Below are positions 19,913 through 28,379 of a DNA stretch of 64,000 bases, piece by piece. How positions within the stretch are numbered: position 1 is the stretch's first letter; each line of letters starts with the position of its first letter. The stretch covers positions 4,863 to 68,862 of the forward strand of contig CAUSUW010000002.1 of NCBI GenBank assembly GCA_963535095.1, given 5' to 3'. The position numbers and the translations under genes were made by a program. The DNA comes from an uncultured Gemella sp. (GTDB lineage Bacteria > Bacillota > Bacilli > Staphylococcales > Gemellaceae). The notes below the pieces were generated by a model. The model saw only the letters and a list, made by a program, of their open reading frames with translations, was not told the origin of the DNA and ran no database searches.

Positions 19913-20250
19913 TATCACAATAAGTAATAAAATACAATGAGAATTAATATATTTTCAAAAAACTATTGACAAATATAACAGTAAATGATAAAGTTATTTT
20001 AACACTTAAAGTGAGAAAAGAGGTGATAAAAAATGATGAAACATTCTAGATGCTTAAAAATATATAGAGTTGAAAACAATTTAACTCAAAAACAGTTAGC
20101 AGTAATTTTAGGTATAAGTCAAGCTTATCTGAGTGCGATAGAAAAAGGGAAAATTCCAACAGATAAAGTAAAGAGAAAGATATCAGATGTATTAAACATC
20201 AACATTGTTGATATTTTTTTTACTTAATATTATCACTTAAAGTGAGAAAA
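19913..20250. promoter_or_regulatory. Genetic switch: rightward promoter and repeated operator-like sites
   Basis: TTGACA(19966)-17 bp-TAAAGT with TG; CACTTAAAGTGAGAAAA at 20003-20019 and 20234-20250; related TATCACAATAAGTAATA at 19913. Confidence 0.65.
20033..20227 (+). CDS. Cro/Str-like XRE HTH regulator
   Basis: NLTQKQLAVILGISQAYLSAIEKGK; GAGGTG RBS. Confidence 0.85.
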   Translation: MMKHSRCLKIYRVENNLTQKQLAVILGISQAYLSAIEKGKIPTDKVKRKISDVLNINIVDIFFT

Positions 20251-20287
20251 ATAGTTTTGTTAATGGTTTTCGTATTACTAACAAAAC

Positions 20288-20367
20288 AAAAAAAACCTTT
20301 CAAGTAGCTAACGACCAAATCAGACTACTTAAAAGGTTTCAAAAGAAGTATTTAACAAAAATACTTT
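20288..20367 (-). ncRNA. Putative antisense small RNA over the leader of ORF 20401
   Basis: Minus-strand TGnTATAAT (20373-20381), hairpin 20293-20339 followed by minus-strand U-tract. Confidence 0.4.
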
Positions 20368-20400
20368 CTTACATTATAACACAAGAAAGGACTTTATAAC

Positions 20401-20841
20401 ATGGAAAACAAGAAAAACCATTTAACTTTAGAAAAAATATACAGCGTGTTAAAGGATAATCCGACCGCTTCTATACGAGAAATACTGGAGGTATTAAACA
20501 TTGAGTTTGAAGACTGGTACAGCATTAATAGAAAGATGTTGAAGTTTAAACGCACTAATAAAATCAATTATGAGAGAGTTGGGCAAGATATTATTAACAT
20601 TGAAATCATAGATAAGAAGTTTTTAAACAAGATAAATACTAAACAGCTTACTGAAGAAATGGAGCGTAACGCTATATTTTTACATCTAAAAATCATTGAT
20701 GAATTAGATAAGCTAATATTTAATAATGCTACCAGTACAAGGGATAAGCTAAAAGCTATTGAATTAAGGCAACGTGAATATAAGTACGAAAATAATCAAC
20801 ATGCAGTTGAATATTATAAATTAAAAGAAAAAGAGGTATAA
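20401..20841 (+). CDS. Hypothetical PICI protein, possible N-terminal wHTH
   Basis: ORF with GAAAGGA RBS; LKDNPTASIREI resembles an HTH start. Confidence 0.6.
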   Translation: MENKKNHLTLEKIYSVLKDNPTASIREILEVLNIEFEDWYSINRKMLKFKRTNKINYERVGQDIINIEIIDKKFLNKINTKQLTEEMERNAIFLHLKIIDELDKLIFNNATSTRDKLKAIELRQREYKYENNQHAVEYYKLKEKEV

Positions 20842-20845
20842 AAGA

Positions 20846-21205
20846 ATGCTAGAAATGAATTTTAAAAGTAATTACATTAAGAATTTTAGAGAAAAGTATA
20901 ATTTAAGTCAATATGAGTTAGCTGACTTGATGAACGTAAACCAAAGCACTATAGCACGTTGGGAAAAAGGAGAAAAGACCCCATCTCATGAAAATATAGC
21001 TAAACTTGATGATATTATCTTAAATTATAATATTAATAATTCAATTGATGAAAATAACGACTTAATAGATAAAGAAAATCATATCATTAAAAAAACAGTC
21101 GATCATTTACTGGAGATAGCAAAACAACACAAGGACCCAAAACGCAAACGAGCAACTACAAAGCTAGCTTTAACAATACTAGATGAAAAACTTAAGAGAG
21201 GTTAA
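20846..21205 (+). CDS. XRE-family HTH protein
   Basis: LSQYELADLMNVNQSTIARWEKGEKTP. Confidence 0.8.
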   Translation: MLEMNFKSNYIKNFREKYNLSQYELADLMNVNQSTIARWEKGEKTPSHENIAKLDDIILNYNINNSIDENNDLIDKENHIIKKTVDHLLEIAKQHKDPKRKRATTKLALTILDEKLKRG

Positions 21206-21209
21206 GACA

Positions 21210-21320
21210 ATGGAAAACAAAGACTTATACATTAATACTTTTTGTTGTGCAGTGGTATTTATACCAATCATAACAGCATTTATATATATTGTGGCCAGAC
21301 TAATGGATAGCATTTATTAA
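21210..21320 (+). CDS. Small 36-aa hydrophobic protein (not in ORF track)
   Basis: MENKDLYINTFCCAVVFIPIITAFIYIVARLMDSIY*, GAGAGG RBS, fills the gap between flanking genes. Confidence 0.55.
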   Translation: MENKDLYINTFCCAVVFIPIITAFIYIVARLMDSIY

Positions 21321-21335
21321 AGGAGCGTGGACGTT

Positions 21336-21605
21336 ATGGAAGTAGTTTTGTCAGAAGCACAAAGCCAAAAGATAAAAGAACAATTAAATATTTTAATTGA
21401 TGAAGTTATTAAAACCCGTATTGAACAGATAGAGCCATACAAGAGGTATTTGACAAGAATTGAATTACAAAAATTCTTAGGGATAGGAAAAGCAAGTATG
21501 GAGATATTAAAACAACACGGTTTGAAATATGCAGTATTAGGTAATAAACATCTATTTGATATAGAAGATGTAAACGAGATACTGAACACATTGAAAACAA
21601 GATAA
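21336..21605 (+). CDS. Excisionase-like DNA-binding protein
   Basis: RYLTRIELQKFLGIG...GLK....GNKHLFDIEDV resembles HTH_17/Xis; typical PICI position. Confidence 0.6.
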   Translation: MEVVLSEAQSQKIKEQLNILIDEVIKTRIEQIEPYKRYLTRIELQKFLGIGKASMEILKQHGLKYAVLGNKHLFDIEDVNEILNTLKTR

Positions 21606-21613
21606 TAAAATAC

Positions 21614-21641
21614 AGTACCAGTAGTTTTATAAATTAATAAA
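21614..21641. repeat. 28-bp motif copy 2 (just after xis-like gene)
   Basis: Identical to 17249-17276. Confidence 0.85.
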
Positions 21642-21689
21642 GGCGGTTATAGTACCGCTTCTTAAAATAAAGATTAGGAGATAATAAGA

Positions 21690-22049
21690 ATGGAAATAAA
21701 AGGAATGGAGATAACAGGAATAGGTTTAACAGGAACAGAGATAATAAAAATGGATAAATCAGAAATCATAAAAATTATAGAGGAAATAGGACAAAGATTG
21801 ACTATATTACAGCTTTCAATGGAGTTATTAGCAACTCATACAGATGTAATTGATGTACTTACACCCGAAGAATTAAAAGATTCAACAATGAGTAATGAAG
21901 AGGTATATAAGTACTGGGATAAAGTAAACGACGGAAACAAATTACATACTTTAACTAATGCTATTGCTATTAACACATCTGAAGAATTGTCTATTTTATG
22001 TTATGAAAAACTAGACAAAGTTAAAGAAGCATTAAAAGAGGTGATGTAA
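21690..22049 (+). CDS. Hypothetical PICI protein
   Basis: ORF with AGGAG RBS, closely followed by the primase gene. Confidence 0.6.
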   Translation: MEIKGMEITGIGLTGTEIIKMDKSEIIKIIEEIGQRLTILQLSMELLATHTDVIDVLTPEELKDSTMSNEEVYKYWDKVNDGNKLHTLTNAIAINTSEELSILCYEKLDKVKEALKEVM

Positions 22050-22050
22050 T

Positions 22051-24498
22051 TTGATCTATAGACAAACTGGCTTTAAAAGTAATGTATTAAAACTTATTAA
22101 TACTGATAAAACAACCTTAGAAACCCTAGCAAGCACTAACCCCCAAACAATAAACAGTGATGAAGACATTAAGCAATATAAAGCTAATAAAATGCTATAT
22201 TTCATCAGTGGTGATATTAAACCTAATGAAGACGGAAGTTATACAAGAAACGATAACAACCTAAAAACAAGAGATCTAATTGTAATCGATATTGAAGATA
22301 CTGGCTTAACATCTCAAGAGGTACAAACTATCATACAAGAGAAGTTAGCTAGTTATAAATACCTTTTATATTCAACTATCTCACATAAGCCAAATAACCC
22401 ACGTTTAAGGCTTGTATTAGAACCTAGTAGGGATATTGTCAAAGATGAATATAAACCGACTATACAGCACGTTATACAGCTTCTGAATATCAAGTATGAT
22501 ACTAGTAGTTGTACATGGTCACAATTACAAGGCTTACCTATTGCTGTACGTGATAATGAGTTTATATTTATTAAACACCTAGACGGCTTACCTTATCCAG
22601 TACAAGAAGCGGTTAAAGAAGAAAAGAAAGTTATAACTAATTATACCGCTTCTGATACTAACACCTTAATAACTGATGAAGACTATACAGAGATGTTTAA
22701 AAGATATTTAGAGTTAGATTATGAAAATATCAACACTGGAGATAGTAAAGAATATGATAGAGCCTTAGGGATATTGTTATCAGTAACCCATGATTTTTGT
22801 TACAACATAATAAGCTATGATGTTGCTTGTGAGTGTTCTGACTTATTAGCAAACATAGGAAAAAACCCCGAAAAATACCGCCAAGAGAACCAAGACAAAA
22901 TAAACCACGCTATCAAGAGTTGGCAAAATAACCCTAATTATTTTGATAATGAGAAAAGCTATTCAATGTTACAAAGGTTTGAAATCGTGGGAAATAAGAA
23001 AGACAAAAACTTTTCATATTTAGTACGATATAAGCTAAATAAACCTATTTTAAGTACTGGAGAGCTTCACTGGAGATTATACACCGCAGGCGAACAATGG
23101 AGAATAGAAAACACCACAGTACACGAAAAGACTGGTAAGGTTACTGTTCCACAAGTACCATTTTATGTAATAGCTAAATTCTTACTTACTCATATACCTA
23201 TTATAAAAAGCGGATCGAATGAAGATACAGCATTGTTATTTTTCTATGATTTTTCAAAAGGTATATATACATCAAATGATGATTATATAAAGACTTGTAT
23301 TAAGAAAATAGAAATAAGGTATAAGTTAACTAAATTAAAGGACGTTACAGAAGACTTACGAGCAAATACAAGGTTTAGGAAGCCACAGAGGTTAGATTAT
23401 CTAATTGCAGTTGGTAACGGCTTATTTAATACTAAAACTAAAACATTAGAGCCGTTCGACCCTAAACACTTTATTACAGCTAAAGTAGATACTAATTATA
23501 ATATACACGCTTTAACTAACTATGAACTTATTAAAAACACCTATTTTAATTTTGATGAGTGGTTGAAGTCGATAGCGTGTAATGATGATGAAATAGTTAC
23601 GTTACTATGGCAATTAATCAATGAAGCGATAAACCCAAATAAGACTAGAAGAAAAATAGCTATAATGTTAGGTAATGGAACAAACGGAAAAAGTACCTTT
23701 AGACAAATGATGATTAATTTAATAGGAGATACTAACATTTCAGTATCAACACCACATGAATTACAAAGCCGTTTTGGTTTGACTTCCCTTGAGGGGAAAA
23801 TATGTAATTATGGTGATGAGGTAGGTACAAAACCACTAGATGAAATGGATAAATTAAAAAGTATTTCAAGTGGTGAAAGTGTTAACTATGAACGTAAAAA
23901 CAAAGACGTAAGAAACTATGATTTTAAAACGTTATTAATGTTTAATTCTAATGAGATCCCACCTATTAAAGATAAATCTGACGCAGTACTAAACAGGTTG
24001 CTAATAATTCCATTTAAAGCAAATTTTGAAGGTGTAAAAGATGAAAGTATCAAAGATGAGAAGCTAAACAATAAAATAATACTGGAATATATCTTATATA
24101 CAGCTTTACATCTTGATTTTGATAAGTTTATAGTACCTGAAGCGGTTAAAAAGCAATTACTTAATTACAGAAAAGAAAATGATAGTGTATTCAGTTTTAT
24201 GCTTTATTATAAAGATAAGGGTTATCATCATGTGAGTTGTTTTCCTGTTCGCTACTTAACTGATGATTATGAGAATTTTTGTTATGAGAATGGATATAAT
24301 ACAAGAAAAAGGATAGGTACTGTATTCACTAAACATTTAAACGACAGTGTAAAAACAAGTAATTACTCTTATGAATTAAAAAATCATAGGTTCACAAAAG
24401 AAAATACAGATGAATTAAATATTTATGGTAGAAATATTCAACCGTTAGAGGGACATGTTGGCAGAGCCATTAAGCAAGTAGTAAATGAACAACAATAA
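22051..24498 (+). CDS. Phage/plasmid primase-helicase (P4 family; D5_N + SF3 helicase)
   Basis: N-terminal DIED / YSTISH..NPRLRLV, D5_N region, Walker A GNGTNGKST, NYGDE, LNRLLIIPF. Confidence 0.9.
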   Translation: MIYRQTGFKSNVLKLINTDKTTLETLASTNPQTINSDEDIKQYKANKMLYFISGDIKPNEDGSYTRNDNNLKTRDLIVIDIEDTGLTSQEVQTIIQEKLASYKYLLYSTISHKPNNPRLRLVLEPSRDIVKDEYKPTIQHVIQLLNIKYDTSSCTWSQLQGLPIAVRDNEFIFIKHLDGLPYPVQEAVKEEKKVITNYTASDTNTLITDEDYTEMFKRYLELDYENINTGDSKEYDRALGILLSVTHDFCYNIISYDVACECSDLLANIGKNPEKYRQENQDKINHAIKSWQNNPNYFDNEKSYSMLQRFEIVGNKKDKNFSYLVRYKLNKPILSTGELHWRLYTAGEQWRIENTTVHEKTGKVTVPQVPFYVIAKFLLTHIPIIKSGSNEDTALLFFYDFSKGIYTSNDDYIKTCIKKIEIRYKLTKLKDVTEDLRANTRFRKPQRLDYLIAVGNGLFNTKTKTLEPFDPKHFITAKVDTNYNIHALTNYELIKNTYFNFDEWLKSIACNDDEIVTLLWQLINEAINPNKTRRKIAIMLGNGTNGKSTFRQMMINLIGDTNISVSTPHELQSRFGLTSLEGKICNYGDEVGTKPLDEMDKLKSISSGESVNYERKNKDVRNYDFKTLLMFNSNEIPPIKDKSDAVLNRLLIIPFKANFEGVKDESIKDEKLNNKIILEYILYTALHLDFDKFIVPEAVKKQLLNYRKENDSVFSFMLYYKDKGYHHVSCFPVRYLTDDYENFCYENGYNTRKRIGTVFTKHLNDSVKTSNYSYELKNHRFTKENTDELNIYGRNIQPLEGHVGRAIKQVVNEQQ

Positions 24499-24500
24499 CT

Positions 24501-24798
24501 TTGTTATCTTATGTTATCTTGTGTTACGTTATTTTTTCTATTAACGTAACAGCAAGAGGTTATTGTATCAAGTGTTTATAGTACCTTGTTACGTTGTTAC
24601 GTTATTTTATTAAATTTTTTATAAAAAAAGTAACAATATATATAATTCTATATATACACATATATAAAAGAAAAATCATCGAAATTAGCGTAACAACGTA
24701 ACAGATTTTAAACACCCACGCCATTATGCAGTTTTTCCTGTTACGCTAACAAAAAATTAGTTTAACATTAAGATAACAAATTAAAATTAAGATAACAA
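24501..24798. other. Replication origin of the satellite (converging iterons around an AT-rich core)
   Basis: Mostly TGTTA(C/T) copies on the left and (G/A)TAACA copies on the right of a TATATA-rich centre, right after the primase-helicase gene. Confidence 0.75.
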
Positions 24799-24935
24799 AA
24801 ACCTAAATTCACTGATCAAAAAAAGAAAAATGTATGGTATACACAATATATCTTTTCAGTTTACGGCAATAAATTAGAAAAGAACTAAATAGATAAAAGC
24901 AAGCGACCAAAAATTCTAAATTAGGAGGTTAGAAA

Positions 24936-25265
24936 ATGAACATAGATAAAATAAAGTTAGACTTAGTGAAATTAATTAAGCGTAAGAAAAACGTTATATT
25001 AGTAGATATAGAAAACTATTTTAATGAAATTGGCTTTAACTATAACGGTAATTATACGATATGCGGATATAATGAAAACATAATAATCTGGGATAACTGG
25101 AACGAAACCGCAAGCGATATAATTCAAGAATTGCTAGAAAGTGAATTAATAGACATGAAGCCAACTGATGAGATTTTATATTATAAACGTAACAAAATAT
25201 TATTACTACCAGTGTATAAACGTTATAAACCGTATGAACAATGGTTACCAGTAGAATTTAATTAA
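24936..25265 (+). CDS. Pathogenicity-island protein resembling the SaPI post-ori (Ppi-like) family
   Basis: NIIIWDNWN...LP...WLPV pattern recalls the SaPI protein encoded after ori; same position; GGAGG RBS. Confidence 0.5.
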   Translation: MNIDKIKLDLVKLIKRKKNVILVDIENYFNEIGFNYNGNYTICGYNENIIIWDNWNETASDIIQELLESELIDMKPTDEILYYKRNKILLLPVYKRYKPYEQWLPVEFN

Positions 25266-25278
25266 AGGAGATTAGACA

Positions 25279-25476
25279 ATGTATAAAATAGTTAGAGTAG
25301 AAGAAGTATCAAGAAACACATTAAACCCCTTAAGTTTTAATATTAACAAATACATCAATGAAGAATTACAAGAAGATGAATTTTTATTACGCATAGAGTA
25401 TTTTAAAGATAATGAGATTTATTCAACATACCCTACCTTAGCTTACTTACACATAGCTAAAATAATTAAGGAGTAA
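25279..25476 (+). CDS. Hypothetical protein
   Basis: ORF with AAGGAG RBS in operon. Confidence 0.6.
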   Translation: MYKIVRVEEVSRNTLNPLSFNINKYINEELQEDEFLLRIEYFKDNEIYSTYPTLAYLHIAKIIKE

Positions 25477-25484
25477 TAAACAAT

Positions 25485-26198
25485 ATGCAGTTATCAAGAG
25501 AAGAACTATCTAAACTAGACCTTATAATAGAACGTTATACGGACGATACGACCTCTAAAGAAGCGGTAGCTATAGAAACCTACCTAAACAAAATAGACAG
25601 CTTAGAACGTGAATTATTGATAGCTGTATATTTTAATCTTTCACATAAGCCAACTGATGAAGAAAACAAGATAATAGATGATCATAAAACTAATTTATTC
25701 AATCTATTATCTGAGAAAGGATATATCAAAAATGAGAAAAAGAGAACCACCCAAACCGTTGAACAAAGATTGAACAATGAAAAAAAGCAAAAATTAAACA
25801 GGTATAGAGATTTAAGAGAACAGTTATACCAGTTATATAATACATTAGACGAACTGAACGAAAAACAAAAACATCTATCACATATACAAGCTACCGACTA
25901 CTCAAAAGAGAAAATCAAATGCAGTAAACAGGAATATGAGTTTAAAGCAGTCAGTTTATTATCTGAAATAGCAGATACAGAAAAATATATTGAAGAATTA
26001 AAAATAATAACACTGAAAGAAAAAGAGTATCTATCAAGTGTTATTAGAAATATACCTGATTTAAGAGTTAGACATATATACTGGTGGCGGTATTTAATGG
26101 TTGAAGAATGGCGAAAGGTAGCAAGAATGGTAGGTTTAAAAAGTGTTACTCATTGTATGAGGTTACACAATGAGTACTTAGAAGACTTAGAACTTTGA
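25485..26198 (+). CDS. RinA/ArpU/DUF1492-like transcriptional regulator (C-terminal domain)
   Basis: I..IPD.R.R.I...RYL....W.KVA..VG....H..RLH sigma-region-4-like pattern. Confidence 0.6.
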   Translation: MQLSREELSKLDLIIERYTDDTTSKEAVAIETYLNKIDSLERELLIAVYFNLSHKPTDEENKIIDDHKTNLFNLLSEKGYIKNEKKRTTQTVEQRLNNEKKQKLNRYRDLREQLYQLYNTLDELNEKQKHLSHIQATDYSKEKIKCSKQEYEFKAVSLLSEIADTEKYIEELKIITLKEKEYLSSVIRNIPDLRVRHIYWWRYLMVEEWRKVARMVGLKSVTHCMRLHNEYLEDLEL

Positions 26199-26250
26199 AC
26201 CGAGAACTAACAGTGAAAAAAACGTCTAAATAAAGAAAGAGGTAAAAATT

Positions 26251-26481
26251 ATGATGGATATTAATAAATTTACGCAAGAAGTTAAAGATGAATTAAATAA
26301 ACTACATTCAGAGAGGGTTCAAAAAGAACAGCTTGAGAAAGCCAAGAATGAGCAAAGTAAAGAAAAGAAGTTAACAATTACTAGAGAGGAATTTAAGAGA
26401 ATGAAATATACAGAACGACTTAAGTTAAAACAAGAGAACCCAGAGGGGTATAAAAAATTAGTAGAGGAGAATTTAAAATAA
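26251..26481 (+). CDS. Small protein ending in a phage scaffolding-protein-like C-terminal motif
   Basis: ITREEFKRMKYTERLKLKQENPEGYKKL resembles the C-terminus of Firmicute phage scaffold (DUF4355-type) proteins. Confidence 0.6.
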   Translation: MMDINKFTQEVKDELNKLHSERVQKEQLEKAKNEQSKEKKLTITREEFKRMKYTERLKLKQENPEGYKKLVEENLK

Positions 26482-27083
26482 TGGATAAAGTACTAAAAGG
26501 ACACGAGAAAATAAACGAATTAGTAACAAAGTATCATGAGGTAAAAGCAAGCATTGTTGAGGCGATAGCAGAGGTAAAAGGAAAACAAGAACTATTGATA
26601 AATGAAATAGATACGTTGAAGACAAACTCAACAAACAACGTTACTGATAAAATTGAAGCTACAAAAGAATTAGTTAAAAAGGAAAAAGAAGTTAACATAT
26701 TATATGAAGTAGAAAATCAATTAAATAAGGAATTGGAAGAGAAAACAAGACCTATTAAAGATGAATTAGCTAGAGAAATAATTGCTAGTTGGCATAGACC
26801 AATGGATATTAACTATAGGGAAGTAATTCAAGATTATAAGTTATTAGATGAAGAGATACAACAAAAGGTTGAAGCATTAGAGATAAAACATAATGCTTCA
26901 GCTAATGAGAAGACTTTAATTGTTGGTGATATGTATAAAAAAATACACGAAGTATTAGACGATGAAGATTTTATCCTTTATGAGGACGCAGAGAAAAAAC
27001 TTTGGTTAACCGATGTAATTCCTATTTCAGGGGTTAACCACAAATTATTAGATTATGTAGATAGAATTAAAGAGGGATACTAA
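26481..27083 (+). CDS. Coiled-coil hypothetical protein
   Basis: Heptad-rich 200-aa ORF overlapping the previous stop (TAATG). Confidence 0.65.
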   Translation: MDKVLKGHEKINELVTKYHEVKASIVEAIAEVKGKQELLINEIDTLKTNSTNNVTDKIEATKELVKKEKEVNILYEVENQLNKELEEKTRPIKDELAREIIASWHRPMDINYREVIQDYKLLDEEIQQKVEALEIKHNASANEKTLIVGDMYKKIHEVLDDEDFILYEDAEKKLWLTDVIPISGVNHKLLDYVDRIKEGY

Positions 27084-27125
27084 TATTTTTAATAAACCTT
27101 ATTAATTTAAGGCTTATGAAAAGTG

Positions 27126-27155
27126 AAGACATCTATTGATTAGGTGTCTTTTTTT
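27126..27155 (+). terminator. Terminator of the satellite rightward operon
   Basis: AAGACATCTA-ttgat-TAGGTGTCTT plus T-tract. Confidence 0.8.
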
Positions 27156-27247
27156 CGATAAATTTATATTGAAGCGTGAACGAAGCGTGAAAAAATTCAT
27201 AAAATACACTATTTTTAGAAGCGGTAAAAGGTATAAATTACTAAGGT

Positions 27248-28093
27248 AGAATGCTAAGAAATGCTAAGGTTTGAAATGTATATAGAGAAAAAACAATAAT
27301 AATGAACAGCGACTATTTCTTTTCCCTTATGAGCGTTAATATGCAGTTATTAGACCGCTTCTGAGTGAAAATAGATATAATTACACTAAATTGAGTTGAA
27401 ACACGTTAAACAGCTTTTAAACAGCAGTATGAAAAAACTACTTTTTACTAACAAAAACTACCATTTTTAGAGGTGAAAATAACGTTTTTTTACATATAAT
27501 ATCGGAAAATATCGGAAAAATAACCTATATATAGATAAAATTTAAGAAATATGAGTGTTATCCATGTTGTGTAAAATGTTGGTAAATGTTGGTATAAAAG
27601 CATATATATAGATAAAAAAACTTGTCAAAACTTGTCAAATAAAACCTATAAATGTTGGCAAATGTTGGCATAAAAATCTATATATCTTTAAAATCGGCAG
27701 TTTCGGCAGTCTTAAAGGAGTTTTCAAAAACCTTAGAAAACCTTATATAAAATCCTATATAGATCAAAAAGAAGTTTTAAGAGGGGGGGGATATAACCTC
27801 TCTATTATGCTGTTCGGACTTCATACTGTCACTGTACATATTTTTTCGCGTGAAAGTTAAATTGTTGGAAAATGTTGGAATAAAATTCTGTATAAGTAAA
27901 AATGTTGGAAAATGTGAGTGTGGAAACCTATATAAAATTACTACAAAATACTACATTGAAAAACTATACAGTAAAAATTACTGGAAAATACGGGAATAAA
28001 AACCCTTATAGAAATTAGTGGCATTTAGTGGCATAAAAAACTATATAGAGCATTAAAAACCTCAGAAAACCTCAGATTAATTTATATATAGCA
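27248..28093 (+). repeat. Array of 12 heterogeneous terS-like units (putative pac-site library)
   Basis: Units start at 27248, 27498, 27573, 27616, 27650, 27726, 27859, 27899, 27935, 27975, 28012, 28055; each has an exact or degenerate tandem 10-mer and a shared tail, translating to TerS-like xxLxNxxIKxYI or NLxKPxIxxYI. Confidence 0.8.
27781..27852 (+). other. cos-like phage packaging sequence embedded in the array
   Basis: G-run followed by CTTCATACTGTCACTGTACATATTTTTTCGCG; recalled resemblance to the HNH-terS intergenic region of streptococcal temperate phages, unverified. Confidence 0.4.
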
Positions 28094-28379
28094 AATAGAA
28101 GTGGGGAATACCAATGCAGTAATGAAACGTGAAAAACTATCTATACACCTCTTAAAAGCAAATATAAGCCTTGTAAGAGGTCAAGGGGTGTAACTATAAG
28201 GGAAAGTATAATTAGAACGCTTAGGACGTAAAATACAGCGTGTATATTTTATAAGAATATGCTATAATTAGTTAAGTAGATACAATAAGCTAGACCACTA
28301 CACGAAGAATAGTTTTAACCATTAAAAACGCTTAAAAAACTGTCTTTTTAAAGTGGTTAGTGTAAAAAATGCACATACC

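Noticed and set aside
21317..23738. Minus-strand ORFs 21317-21589, 21409-21600 and 23541-23738
   Set aside because: Antisense to the xis-like and primase genes; no support.
27248..28093. CRISPR array
   Set aside because: No invariant repeat with unique spacers; variable parts are internally duplicated and mutually homologous, and no cas genes are in the window.
27248..28093. Single degraded terS pseudogene or repeat-protein gene
   Set aside because: The same short segment recurs in 12 different versions in changing frames with stops; no other part of terS (AGYS motif, C-terminus) is visible.
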